A stretch of 46,968 nucleotides of DNA from IMG/VR virus record IMGVR_UViG_3300034069_000691, positions 1 to 46,968 of that record; one strand, given 5' to 3'. Positions within the stretch are counted from its first letter, which is position 1, and each line of letters begins with the position of its first letter. Shown here in pieces: positions 14,464-23,648 of the stretch. Position numbers and translations under genes: made by a program. The DNA is from a virus. Under the pieces are notes generated by a model. It was not told the origin of the DNA. It saw only the letters and a list, made by a program, of their open reading frames with translations, and searched no databases.

Positions 14464-15336
14464 TCAGATCCCTGCGTACTGCGGGGCGTATGAGCCGCGG
14501 ATGCGGGACGAGGCGTTGGCGCCGGTGAGTAGCGCGGACACCTGGTTCACCACCCCGTCGGCGAGCGGCCACATCGCGGGGTCCGACGCGAGGGAGCCCA
14601 TCAAGTTGGTGCCGTCGCCGCGGCGCACGGACTGGAAGCCCTGTCGGGTATCGATGATCATCGACTGGCCGTCGCCAAGCGCAGCGTTGACCTGAATCAC
14701 CGCGCCGGTCGTGACGTTTGCGAGGGTCAGCGCAGTGCCCGGCCCGGTGATGGTCCACACCGGGTAGGCAGGGGCGTCCGCGTCTGAGAGGTCAATGGAC
14801 AGCTGACCCTGAATGCTCGAGGGGGACAGCACCAACGGGAAGAACGGAAAGAACGTGGTGGGCGCGCCCAGACCGAAGTCGATGACGCGCGTCTCGCCGC
14901 TGAACCAGGGTGTAGGCGCCCACAGTTGAACGGAGGCCTTCCACCAACGGTCGGCAGACTTCTCACCCCGCTGCTCCGTACCCTCTAGCCCGCCCTTGTA
15001 GAAGCAGCTGATCTGGCGAACCTTCCCCAGCTCGTCGGTGGCAACAAGCTGACCCATACCGGCCTTGGGTCGCATTGAGTGCACTAACCGGGCGACTCGA
15101 GCCCTGAACGTCGCCCGGTCGGCGCCCTCCACCAGCATCGCCAACGTAATGTCACGGGGAAGCGCCGACAGCGCGGTCAGAGCCGCGCCATCGATCCCCG
15201 CGTACCGGCTGCTGGATAGGTCGTAAGACGGTGATGTCAGACCTGTAGTGCGGTCCAGCACCCGGTAGCCGCTCGACCGGTCGGTCAGGTTGATGGTGGT
15301 TCCATCAGCGGCGACCCACTGCAGCTGGCGCGCCAT
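14464..15336 (-). CDS. Minor tail protein (distal tail protein position), 290 aa
   Basis: Track ORF immediately downstream of the tape measure gene. Confidence 0.65.
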   Translation of the reverse strand: MARQLQWVAADGTTINLTDRSSGYRVLDRTTGLTSPSYDLSSSRYAGIDGAALTALSALPRDITLAMLVEGADRATFRARVARLVHSMRPKAGMGQLVATDELGKVRQISCFYKGGLEGTEQRGEKSADRWWKASVQLWAPTPWFSGETRVIDFGLGAPTTFFPFFPLVLSPSSIQGQLSIDLSDADAPAYPVWTITGPGTALTLANVTTGAVIQVNAALGDGQSMIIDTRQGFQSVRRGDGTNLMGSLASDPAMWPLADGVVNQVSALLTGANASSRIRGSYAPQYAGI

Positions 15337-15355
15337 CAGCCACCACCCCTCGGGC

Positions 15356-18300
15356 TCATCGCTGTGTGAGCCATTCCTTTTCGCGGAGCTTGTCTACGAC
15401 CCGTTCCGCAAGGCGGTCGTCTCCGCCTCCTCCAGGAACCGTCACGTAGTAGTTGATCTCGTTCGTGACGGTCGGGGTGCCGTATCCGGGTGCTGCGGCG
15501 GCCACCACGGTCTCCGGCCGGTTCAGGCCGTTGTACGTGTACCCGGGCAGCAGCGGGCCGCCGGAGTCCCGCACGTGCGGGTTGAGCAGCCCACCCGGTT
15601 CGACCAGTCCACCGTTGGCGTACGCGGCGGCGTGCACGTGGTTGCGGTGCTCCGCCTGCGTGCCCACGTTGTAGACGTGGTCGCGGCCGTTCTTGACGTC
15701 GGGCCGGGAGTTGCCGAGCCCGTCGTAGATGATCTCCGCCAGGTTGCGGCCAAGGTCGTCGTACAGCAGCCGCTCAATTGAGGCGAGGCCAGCGGACCCG
15801 GCGCCACCCGGGCCAGATCCGAACCCGAAGTCGATGGCCTTGCCGCGACCGTGGTACCCAGGGTCGCCGGGCCGGTAGGTGGAATTGATGCGGGCCTGCG
15901 GGATCCGGCCGTGCACGTACTCCCAGATCGACGACCACGCGCCGCCGACCGAACCCGAGCCGGCGGTGCCGCCGCTGATGGTCTCGGTGTTGGCCTTGAG
16001 GAACGCGATCGCCGCGTCCCGCTCGGCCTGCATCGCGGCGGTCGCAGCCGTCGACAAGGGGGCACCGAACGGCTCCGTGGACCGGATAGCGGGCACGTCA
16101 GCGGCCGAGGCGAACCCGCCGTTGGCGAACCGGGCAACCGACGCCCGGCCCTCGTTCAGGTCGTCCAGAGCGGACACGCCGTTGCGGGCGACCGACGAAG
16201 CCTTGATCACGTACTCGCCGTTGGACAGCATCGCCGGGATTGAGTCCGACGTCGCCGTGCCAGCACCCCAGACCGGTCCGCCTTCGGCCCGCTTGACGCC
16301 AAACCCGAACGCGCCCTGCACCACAGACACGGTGCGCTGCCCCAGCGACTGCAGAACTGGGTTGACGCCGTCAGCGATCGCAATGCCGTATTGGGCGGCG
16401 ATCTGCCCAACCGTGATCGTGCCCGCCGCCAGCTGCTGCGTCAGCGAGTCAGCGACGCCCTGACCGGCGACCCGCGCGACGGCCGAGAGAACCGGGCCGG
16501 CGCGGGCCAGCTCGTCGGCCATCGCAGTTCCGGCGTCGGCTGCGCTCTGCGCCATCAGCGGCTCGAGGTGCGCGAGCTCCGCAGACGACCGAGTGACGAG
16601 GTCGGCGACCAGGCCGGCACCTGCGGGGCCCATTGCCTGCAGCTGTTCGAGCGTGCCGGCCGAGACGCGGCTGGCGAGCAGCAGCATGTTGGTGCGCCAC
16701 TCCGACTGTGCGGCGACCTGCTCCTCGAGCTGGGCCTGGTATTCCTCGAAGGAGACGCCTACGTCGGTGACGTAGTCCTCCCACGAGTCGGAGGAGTCAG
16801 CGGTGGCGTCGGCGGTGGCCTGCGCGGCGCGCTTGTCGGCCTCGGTCTTCTCGTCGAGCAGGCCGGTGTAGGCGGCGAGCGGGTCGACGAACTCGGAGAA
16901 CGACTTGCCGAGGTCGGCCTGGTGCTTGCGAAGCTCCTCGGTGGCGTCGTCGGACAGGCCGAGGGCTGCGGCGTAGGCGGTGAAGCTCTCGTAGCCGGTG
17001 CCGGCCCCGTCAGCCGCGACGGTGATGGCGGACGCGGCCAGCCCTGCGCTGTCGGCAACCCGCATGAAGTCCGTCTGCACGATCTGCAGCGACCCGGACA
17101 GGTCGATGCCGTGCGCGTCGGCGAACTCCTCGACCTCCTTGCGGGTCATGTTGTACCGGCGGCCCAGCACCGCAGCAGAGGTGTCCGCTCGGCCAGCGGC
17201 GGCGTTCAGCTCATCGAGGGCCTCAGTAGCGGCATCCAGGTTGGCTTCGGCTTCACGGACATCCCCGGCGTAGTCCATGGACCAGAACTGGTCCCAGCCG
17301 GACATGTTGTTCAGCTCGTCCAGACGGTTGCGGGCGTCGGCAGCCGCGGACTGCACCTGCTGCAGCGCCCCGGCTACGGCCCGGTACTTCTCCGGTCCAC
17401 GGCCCTCGTCGTAGGACTTGGTGAGCTCGTCGATGTGCTCGCGGGCGTTGTCCGCGGCGTTCGACACTTCGACCATGCGGGCGATCGCGAACACCGCGGC
17501 GCCGACCACAGCGAACGGCGCGAGAGTGACCAGTAGGCCACCGATCGCACTCGCGGCAGCCGCGACCCCGGCCCGGAAAGCCAGCATCCCGCCACCGGCA
17601 GCGGCGGCCTGCGCCCGGATCACGCCGAACGCGAACGTTGCCTGAGCGGCGATGGTGGGGAACAGGTTGCCCAGTGGGCCGGCGGCGATGTACACGGCCG
17701 CGATGGCGATCGCCGCGGCCTGCAGCGGGCCGGGCAGATCGGAGATCCAGCCCACGAAGTCCCCGCCGGCGTCGATGATCGACGTCAGCGTCTGCACCAG
17801 GAACCGCAGCGGCCCTTGGGTTCCGGCGCCGATGGTTGTCATCGCCGAGTCGAACGCGCCACCCAGTCGCTCGAGGTCGCCACGCAGGTTGTCGTTGAGC
17901 TTCGCGGCCTGGTCAGCTGCGAACCCAGCGTCGTCGACGTTGCGGGTCCAGTCACGCACGCCCTGCGCGCCACCGGTGTAGAGGGTCTGGGCGGCGCCGA
18001 TGGCCTCGTTACCGAAGATCGTCGCGAGGGCAGCGTTGCGCTGTTCCACCGTCAGGTCCCCGAGGCGGGTCTGCAGCTGCCCGGCGACGCCCTCCATGCC
18101 GATGAAGTTGCCCTGCGCGTCGAAGAACTGGAGGTTCAGTTCCTCCATCGTGGTGCGGGCCTTCGCCGACGGGTTGGTCAGGGACACCAGCATCCCGCGG
18201 AACGCGGTACCGGCCTTCTCCCCGACGATCCCGTTCGACGCGAACAGGCCCAGGGTGCCAGTGGTCTCCTCAATCGACAGGCCCAGACCGGCCGCGGGCA

Positions 18301-19672
18301 CGCCGGCGTACTGCAGGGCCAACGCGAGGTCCTGCACCGAGCCCTGCGCCTTGCCCGCCCCAGCGGCGAGCAGGTCAGCGACGTGGGAGGTCTGGTCGCC
18401 CTTGAGGTTGAACACCGTCATCTGCGTGGCGGCGATCTCGGCGGCGTCCGCCACGTCGAGCTGGCCAGCGGCGGCGAGGCTCAGCGCGCCAGCCAGTCCA
18501 CCCTTGAGGATGTCCGAGGTGGACACGCCCGCCTTGGCGAGCTCGGTGATGCCCTGGGCGGCTTCTTCCGCGCTGTACTGCGTGGCGCCACCAAGATCGA
18601 TAGCGAGGTCGCGCAGGTCCTCCATCTGGCCGCCGGTCGCCATGGTGGCGGCCTGCACGGCGGACATGGCGGAGTCGAACTGCGCGCCCCGGTACGCGGC
18701 GTAGCCCAGGCCCAGAGCGACCGCACCCAGCCCTGCGGTGAGGGGGGTCATCGCGGTGCCCAGCAGCCCGTTCGCAGACGCCAGTGCGCCTGTGGCGGCG
18801 GTCTGAGCGCGCATGGCCAGTGTCGTCGCGCCCGAAGTCTCCGTCACCCGCACGTTCGCGGCTGCCAGGCGGTCCTCGGCGACAGTCAGCTCAAGGTCAG
18901 CGGTGGTCAGCGCACCCTGGGAGAGGGCGCGGGCCTGCTGCGCGGCAGCCAACCGCGCGTTGGCCTGAGTGACAGCGTTCTCGGCGGCGGCCAACTGACC
19001 GGCCGACGCGGTGCCCAACTCCCGCAGGGCCAGCAGGCGCTGCTCCGCAGTCGCCACAGCGGCGGCAGCGGCGGTCTCCCGTTCCCGCGCCGCGACGAGG
19101 CTCGCCGACGCCGCTCGCTGCGCAGTCGACGCCGCACTGACAACGGCCCGCAGCCCAGCGATCGCTGCCTGCTCACGCTGCGCGGCTGCGGTGGTCGCCG
19201 ACAGGCCGGCGGTCACCGCAGCTTCGGACGCAGCCAGTCGCTCGTTGGCGCCGATCAGGGCGGCTTCGGAGGCGGCGGTGGCCTGCTGCGCGCCCGCGGC
19301 TCGCAGCGTTGCCTGCGCGACGTTGTCCTCGGCCAGCGCCAGACGCATCCCGGACGCGGTGCCCGAGGCGCGCAGCGCCGCCAGACGCTGCTCCGCGGCG
19401 CTGACAGCAGCCGACGCCGCGGTCTCCCGCTCACGTGCGGCCACCACGGTGAGGGACGCGGCGCGCTGCGCGTTCGCCGACTCCACCGACGCGGCACCCA
19501 GAGCAGCGAGGGACGTGCTCTGCCGGCGGGTCGCGCCCTCCACCACCGTGGTGGTGTGGGTCATGGCGCCGGTCACGGACTGGTCGTAGGTGCGGACCGA
19601 TCCGCTGGCGCGGATGAGGACGGGGGAGATCTGGTCGCGGCCCAGCAGGATGGTCTCGAGGACGCGAGTCAT
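15356..19672 (-). CDS. Tape measure protein, about 1438 aa, with an embedded LAS-type peptidase motif
   Basis: Supported by its size, Ala-rich coiled-coil N-terminus, hydrophobic central segments and position after the chaperone genes. Motifs YHGRGKAIDF and HRNHVH lie near the C-terminus. Confidence 0.95.
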   Translation of the reverse strand: MTRVLETILLGRDQISPVLIRASGSVRTYDQSVTGAMTHTTTVVEGATRRQSTSLAALGAASVESANAQRAASLTVVAARERETAASAAVSAAEQRLAALRASGTASGMRLALAEDNVAQATLRAAGAQQATAASEAALIGANERLAASEAAVTAGLSATTAAAQREQAAIAGLRAVVSAASTAQRAASASLVAARERETAAAAAVATAEQRLLALRELGTASAGQLAAAENAVTQANARLAAAQQARALSQGALTTADLELTVAEDRLAAANVRVTETSGATTLAMRAQTAATGALASANGLLGTAMTPLTAGLGAVALGLGYAAYRGAQFDSAMSAVQAATMATGGQMEDLRDLAIDLGGATQYSAEEAAQGITELAKAGVSTSDILKGGLAGALSLAAAGQLDVADAAEIAATQMTVFNLKGDQTSHVADLLAAGAGKAQGSVQDLALALQYAGVPAAGLGLSIEETTGTLGLFASNGIVGEKAGTAFRGMLVSLTNPSAKARTTMEELNLQFFDAQGNFIGMEGVAGQLQTRLGDLTVEQRNAALATIFGNEAIGAAQTLYTGGAQGVRDWTRNVDDAGFAADQAAKLNDNLRGDLERLGGAFDSAMTTIGAGTQGPLRFLVQTLTSIIDAGGDFVGWISDLPGPLQAAAIAIAAVYIAAGPLGNLFPTIAAQATFAFGVIRAQAAAAGGGMLAFRAGVAAAASAIGGLLVTLAPFAVVGAAVFAIARMVEVSNAADNAREHIDELTKSYDEGRGPEKYRAVAGALQQVQSAAADARNRLDELNNMSGWDQFWSMDYAGDVREAEANLDAATEALDELNAAAGRADTSAAVLGRRYNMTRKEVEEFADAHGIDLSGSLQIVQTDFMRVADSAGLAASAITVAADGAGTGYESFTAYAAALGLSDDATEELRKHQADLGKSFSEFVDPLAAYTGLLDEKTEADKRAAQATADATADSSDSWEDYVTDVGVSFEEYQAQLEEQVAAQSEWRTNMLLLASRVSAGTLEQLQAMGPAGAGLVADLVTRSSAELAHLEPLMAQSAADAGTAMADELARAGPVLSAVARVAGQGVADSLTQQLAAGTITVGQIAAQYGIAIADGVNPVLQSLGQRTVSVVQGAFGFGVKRAEGGPVWGAGTATSDSIPAMLSNGEYVIKASSVARNGVSALDDLNEGRASVARFANGGFASAADVPAIRSTEPFGAPLSTAATAAMQAERDAAIAFLKANTETISGGTAGSGSVGGAWSSIWEYVHGRIPQARINSTYRPGDPGYHGRGKAIDFGFGSGPGGAGSAGLASIERLLYDDLGRNLAEIIYDGLGNSRPDVKNGRDHVYNVGTQAEHRNHVHAAAYANGGLVEPGGLLNPHVRDSGGPLLPGYTYNGLNRPETVVAAAAPGYGTPTVTNEINYYVTVPGGGGDDRLAERVVDKLREKEWLTQR

Positions 19673-19691
19673 CGACAACCACCCCCGCCCT

Positions 19692-20629
19692 CTAGTTGTC
19701 GATCAGCGCCGCAGCGAGGTGGGTGGGAACGAAGTAGGCGAACTGGCCGGGGACGACCTTGTCGCCGTCCTTCTCGAACCGTTCTTGTTCCTCAGCGAGG
19801 GCCTGGTGCCCGGGGCACGTGTAGTGGGCCGTCACGTACGGCGGGGTCCACTCCGGCTCGTCCTCGGTGGGCTGCCAGTCGGCGGGGGGGATCCACTCGT
19901 CTTGGCGGGTGCCGCACGAGCAGGTCTCCCGCTTGTCTTGCTTCCATGCGAGGGCGTAACCGCGTGCCAGCGGGGACCAGTCGACCCAGGCGTCGTAGGA
20001 GATGCCGAGGGGGACGATGTAGTCCAGTTCCGCCTTTAGACGCGGGTCCGCCCGGAGGCTTTTACCAGCGAGCTGGTGTCAACGATCTGCTGGTTGACGT
20101 TCAGGCAGGCGGACACCAACATGCCCCACTCGGGCTCAGACCAGGTGCCCATGTAGCCGCGGGCTTCGTCCTCGGTGACGGCGGGGTCGACGAGGGAAGC
20201 GGCGACGAGGCGGGGCTGGAACTCGTTGCGGTTCCAGGCGGCCTTGGCGTGCTCGTCGCCGCTGAGCTCCCGCACCTTCTGGTGGTCCTCTTCGGTGGGG
20301 GGGAACTCGGCCTTGAGCGCGGCGAACGCAAGCGGGGCCATGGCGCGGATGCGGACCATCACGTACCCGGCGTCTTCATCCGCGGCCTCACGCAGTGCGT
20401 CGGCTTCGGCGGCTGCCTCATCGGCGGCGGCACCGAGCTCGTCGAGGGTGACGTCGGGGGCGCGGCGCTGACGTGCGATCAGCAGTTCATCGCGGGCCAC
20501 CTGGGCGGCGTCACGCGCGGCCCGGTACGCCTCGACGGCTTCGTGGTCGATGACGACGGCGTGCGTCGTCTCGCGGGGCTTCTTGCCCTTGAGGAGGGAA
20601 CTCTTCTTGCTGCTGCTTGCTGACACCAT
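19692..20629 (-). CDS. Tail assembly chaperone, -1 frameshift (GT-like) form, about 312 aa
   Basis: A 122-codon frame with very high GC3 and no start codon lies in the -1 frame, open only from 20 codons before the frame-0 stop. G GTA AAA G is at 20059..20066. Confidence 0.6.
20036..20629 (-). CDS. Tail assembly chaperone (short, G-like form), 197 aa
   Basis: An ATG at 20627-20629 follows GGAGA. The gene lies between the major tail and tape measure genes. Confidence 0.75.
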   Translation of the reverse strand: MVSASSSKKSSLLKGKKPRETTHAVVIDHEAVEAYRAARDAAQVARDELLIARQRRAPDVTLDELGAAADEAAAEADALREAADEDAGYVMVRIRAMAPLAFAALKAEFPPTEEDHQKVRELSGDEHAKAAWNRNEFQPRLVAASLVDPAVTEDEARGYMGTWSEPEWGMLVSACLNVNQQIVDTSSLVKASGRTRV

Positions 20630-20657
20630 GCGGGTCTCCAGTGGTCGCGGTGGAGGA

Positions 20658-20697
20658 CCGGGGGCCTGACGGGCGCGACACACCGTCAGGCCCCCGG
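20658..20697 (-). terminator. Strong hairpin downstream of the major tail gene
   Basis: CCGGGGGCCTGACGG-10 nt-CCGTCAGGCCCCCGG forms a 15-bp perfect stem. Confidence 0.6.
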
Positions 20698-20701
20698 TCG
20701 A

Positions 20702-20803
20702 TCAGGGGGTGGGAGCGGGCAGTACCGGCATGTGGATGTGCTTGAGGTGCTGCCGTCGGCCGGCGGGATAGGTGATCAGTCGGCCGTTCTTGACGTCAGT
20801 CAT
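20702..20803 (-). CDS. Possible 33-aa coupled mini-ORF
   Basis: The ATG overlaps the major tail gene stop (TGATG). Translates as MTDVKNGRLITYPAGRRQHLKHIHMPVLPAPTP. Confidence 0.3.
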   Translation of the reverse strand: MTDVKNGRLITYPAGRRQHLKHIHMPVLPAPTP

Positions 20804-21273
20804 CAGGCGCTGGCGGGGACGGTGAGGTTCTGCGCCGGCCGCACCGACGGCGACCAGCCCACGACAGCCTTCGCCGGGGTGGTGCCCGTGGCGTCCCACT
20901 CGTCGTTGACGCCAGTCGACGTGCCGGGCCACAGCTCAGCGCGCTTCGTCGGCACGTCCCCGTAGGGCATCAGGTAGATGTAGCCGACGACGTCCTTGGC
21001 CAGCGACGCGCGCCACGCGGGTGCGACGGTGTCGTCGTTGAACGTGATCGTGCAGTCCGCGACCGTGTCGTCGCCGGGGATCTTCGGCACGAACCGGTCG
21101 TCCATGTCCGGGACGTCGATGGGGGAGTTTGTCAGCTGGAACCCGGACATGCCGGCGATGCCGAGCAGGCGGGTGCCGGCGGTGATCTCCGAGCGGGTCG
21201 GGCCGGTGGTGGTGTTCGCGACGACCGGGAGGAAGTACACCCGGGAGATGCCCTTGCGGTAGAACTTGCTCAT
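20803..21273 (-). CDS. Major tail protein, 156 aa
   Basis: Supported by position (upstream of the chaperone pair), size and a strong downstream hairpin. The N-terminus is MSKFYRKGISRVYFLPV. Confidence 0.7.
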   Translation of the reverse strand: MSKFYRKGISRVYFLPVVANTTTGPTRSEITAGTRLLGIAGMSGFQLTNSPIDVPDMDDRFVPKIPGDDTVADCTITFNDDTVAPAWRASLAKDVVGYIYLMPYGDVPTKRAELWPGTSTGVNDEWDATGTTPAKAVVGWSPSVRPAQNLTVPASA

Positions 21274-21509
21274 CGGGTGGCCTCCGTGACAGCCGGGGTG
21301 GCGGTGGTGGTGTCGGTGCCCTGCGCGGCGGCCAGCACCTCGTCGGTGAAGCTGGCGGGCTCGGGGCGAATGTCCTTCGGGTTCTTGTCCTTGTCGCGGC
21401 CGGCGACGAGCTTGAAGCCCTTGTCCTCGTACATGTCGACGGCGGCGATGGGGGCTGCGAAGGGCGGGGTGCCCGGCAGCTTGGGTGCGTGCATCAGGAC
21501 GAAGGCCAC
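21270..21509 (-). CDS. Hypothetical protein, 79 aa
   Basis: Track ORF. ATGA overlap with the major tail gene. Confidence 0.6.
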   Translation of the reverse strand: MAFVLMHAPKLPGTPPFAAPIAAVDMYEDKGFKLVAGRDKDKNPKDIRPEPASFTDEVLAAAQGTDTTTATPAVTEATR

Positions 21510-21546
21510 GACGGGCCCCCTTTCTCGGTTGGGGTCAGCGCGCCGG

Positions 21547-22020
21547 TCAGGTGACCGGCGTGACGGTGAGCTGGATCCGCAGCGGCACCTGGTAGGCGGT
21601 GGTGGGCTGCTGGCCGGAGGGGTCGACGCCGGGCGCTTCGTCTGGGCCTAGGCGCTGCGCCACGGCCCACCCGTCGGGCAGGTTCAGGGGCCGCGTCCAC
21701 AGGCCGGTGACGGTGTCGCGCTGCGTCCACGCGGTGAGCTGCTCGTAGGCGAGGCGTTCGGCGACGTTGCGTGCCGAGCCGACGCAGGTCAGCTGGTAGG
21801 CGAACCGGGTCGTGTCTCGGTGGTCGTCCAGGCTGGGCAGCAAGTCCGTCGCGCCACCCGGGATCCGGTACAGGATCTTGTACCGGGGTGGGGGCTGGAC
21901 TGGGTCACCGTCGAACCGGCCGTCGTAGCAGACGGCTTTCGGCATTAGGCCGTCGAAGAACTGCAGGACCGCGTCGGTGATGAGGTCAGCTGGGGGGAGC
22001 AGCACCGCTGCCATGCGCAC
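21547..22020 (-). CDS. Tail terminator-position protein, 157 aa
   Basis: Called from synteny between the gp10-like gene and the major tail gene. Confidence 0.55.
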   Translation of the reverse strand: MRMAAVLLPPADLITDAVLQFFDGLMPKAVCYDGRFDGDPVQPPPRYKILYRIPGGATDLLPSLDDHRDTTRFAYQLTCVGSARNVAERLAYEQLTAWTQRDTVTGLWTRPLNLPDGWAVAQRLGPDEAPGVDPSGQQPTTAYQVPLRIQLTVTPVT

Positions 22021-22023
22021 CCC

Positions 22024-22434
22024 TTAGGTCCAGGTGATGGCCCGGTCGGCGATCTGCTGCATGGCGGCGTAGAACAGCGGCTCGATCACATCCACGGCTG
22101 GGCCGTGGTGTGCGTACGGCGGCTGGTTGTACGTGCGGCCCAGGGAGTCGGCGCCGACGAACCCGTACTCGAGGCGGTTGGCCTGCGCCCGGTCCGTGCC
22201 CGATGACTTGGCGACCGCGGCGGGGCCGGCGTCGATGTCCTCGACGCCCCAGCTGCCGCGGTAGTCACCGGTCGGGGCATTCGGCCCCGGACGGCCGGAC
22301 GCGTTCTGCTGGGTGAGAGCGGTCAGGTCGCCAGCGGCTTTGGTGACCGCGACCTCGATGAGGGTGGGGATGCGCGCGGCGCCGGCATTGAGCTCGGCAA
22401 TCAGGGCGTCGGCGCCTGCGACGTGGCCAGCCAT
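22024..22434 (-). CDS. HK97 gp10-like head-tail joining protein, 136 aa
   Basis: It has the ANRLEYGF-type motif and the expected position. Confidence 0.6.
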   Translation of the reverse strand: MAGHVAGADALIAELNAGAARIPTLIEVAVTKAAGDLTALTQQNASGRPGPNAPTGDYRGSWGVEDIDAGPAAVAKSSGTDRAQANRLEYGFVGADSLGRTYNQPPYAHHGPAVDVIEPLFYAAMQQIADRAITWT

Positions 22435-22844
22435 GAGGACCCCCGGACGATGAAGCGGCGGTAGGTGGCGTAGGACCGCTCTTCCTCGCCGACCACCACG
22501 AACCGGTCGCCTACCAGGCCAGGGGAGGACAGCGACGCGGTGACCGTGACGAGATCGCCGGGCCGTAGAGCGGCGCGGTGGGGGACGCGCAGCACCCGCT
22601 CGTTAGGGACGCCACTGTCGTCCTGCACGGTCCGCCCACCCTGGGGGGCGTCCTTCGGATCGGCGAGAGTGCACGACCCGGTGTAGACGAGTTCCGACAC
22701 CGGCTGCGTAGGCAGCCCGGTAGCTGGGTCAAGCGGCGCCGACTGGGCTGGCCTGGGCGCGCGGGTGACGGTGCACTCGTCGACCATCAGGTCTTCACGC
22801 ACCTTGATCAGCTGCGCCATCGCGGCGGCGATCGGCAGGCTCAC
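22401..22844 (-). CDS. Head-tail connector-position protein, 147 aa
   Basis: Track ORF with a GTGA overlap upstream. Confidence 0.6.
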   Translation of the reverse strand: MSLPIAAAMAQLIKVREDLMVDECTVTRAPRPAQSAPLDPATGLPTQPVSELVYTGSCTLADPKDAPQGGRTVQDDSGVPNERVLRVPHRAALRPGDLVTVTASLSSPGLVGDRFVVVGEEERSYATYRRFIVRGSSWLATSQAPTP

Positions 22845-23146
22845 TGCTGCGCCGCCTGCTGCCGCAGAACCGCCACCATCGCCTCACCGAGCGAGGTGTC
22901 CATATCCCCGTACTCCTCCACCATCCGCTGCAACACGACCGGGTTGAGGGTGGAGACGAAGCCCTCGGCGGACTGCCCAGCGGGCGCGGCAATCAGCGCC
23001 TCGGGCAGCTGCACGATTACCCGCGGCACGTCGCTCTTGGTGGTTCGGACAACGGACACCACAGTGCCGAGCACGGGCCGGCCGTCCAGCATCAGGCGCG
23101 GTTCCTGCCCCTCGGTGATGGCCACCTCTACGCGGGGGGTCACCAC
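22841..23146 (-). CDS. Hypothetical head-tail region protein, 101 aa
   Basis: Track ORF. A GTGGTGA overlap joins it to the upstream stop. Confidence 0.6.
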   Translation of the reverse strand: MVTPRVEVAITEGQEPRLMLDGRPVLGTVVSVVRTTKSDVPRVIVQLPEALIAAPAGQSAEGFVSTLNPVVLQRMVEEYGDMDTSLGEAMVAVLRQQAAQQ

Positions 23147-23472
23147 TGGCCGCGGTCCGTCAGCTCGGGCCGGTAGGACGTGGGGAACGCGACGTCGAAG
23201 AAGAACCCGCCCTCATCATCCGCGTCCGCCGTGGCCTGCTGCGCTCGCAGCGAGTTCGCCCGGGCCATCAGCTGCGTGGCCCGCTTCGATCCGTCCAGCG
23301 TGATGTCGTCGGAGGTGACCGACATCAGCGACGATGCGTAGGACTCCAGCGCTTCCGCCGCGGCGAGGCGGGGCACGTCGCCAGTGAACTCCAACCAGTC
23401 CAGGATCTGGTCGTCGGACAGTTCCGTGTCGGTGAGGCGGGTGAGCAGCCGCACCTGATCAAGCGTGGACAT
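23140..23472 (-). CDS. Head-tail adaptor-position protein, 110 aa
   Basis: An ATG at 23470-23472 follows GGGAG. It is the first gene after the capsid gene. Confidence 0.6.
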   Translation of the reverse strand: MSTLDQVRLLTRLTDTELSDDQILDWLEFTGDVPRLAAAEALESYASSLMSVTSDDITLDGSKRATQLMARANSLRAQQATADADDEGGFFFDVAFPTSYRPELTDRGQW

Positions 23473-23619
23473 CGTCGGCTCCCTAGTCGCGGTCAGGAGG
23501 GGTGACGCTGGGGCGCAGGAACGCGCTGATGACACCGGCAGAAGGAACGCCCATCGGTGACCGGCCAGCGGCCTTGCGGGTTAGCAGTGGGACCGGAGTC
23601 AGCCCAGTGGGCGACCCGT

Positions 23620-23637
23620 TTGACGCCCCAGCGTCAA
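23620..23637 (-). terminator. Hairpin just downstream of the major capsid gene
   Basis: TTGACGC-CCCA-GCGTCAA forms a 7-bp stem. Confidence 0.45.
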
Positions 23638-23648
23638 GACCTAGTAGG

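Noticed and set aside
17816-20623. A very long plus-strand ORF (935 aa), and similar ones at 6510..8381, 8967..10127, 16391..17536 and 23502..24833.
   Set aside because: These are antisense shadows of well-supported minus-strand structural genes in GC-rich DNA. Their translations are Arg/Gly/Pro/Ala low-complexity with no motifs, and they have no RBS or coupling.
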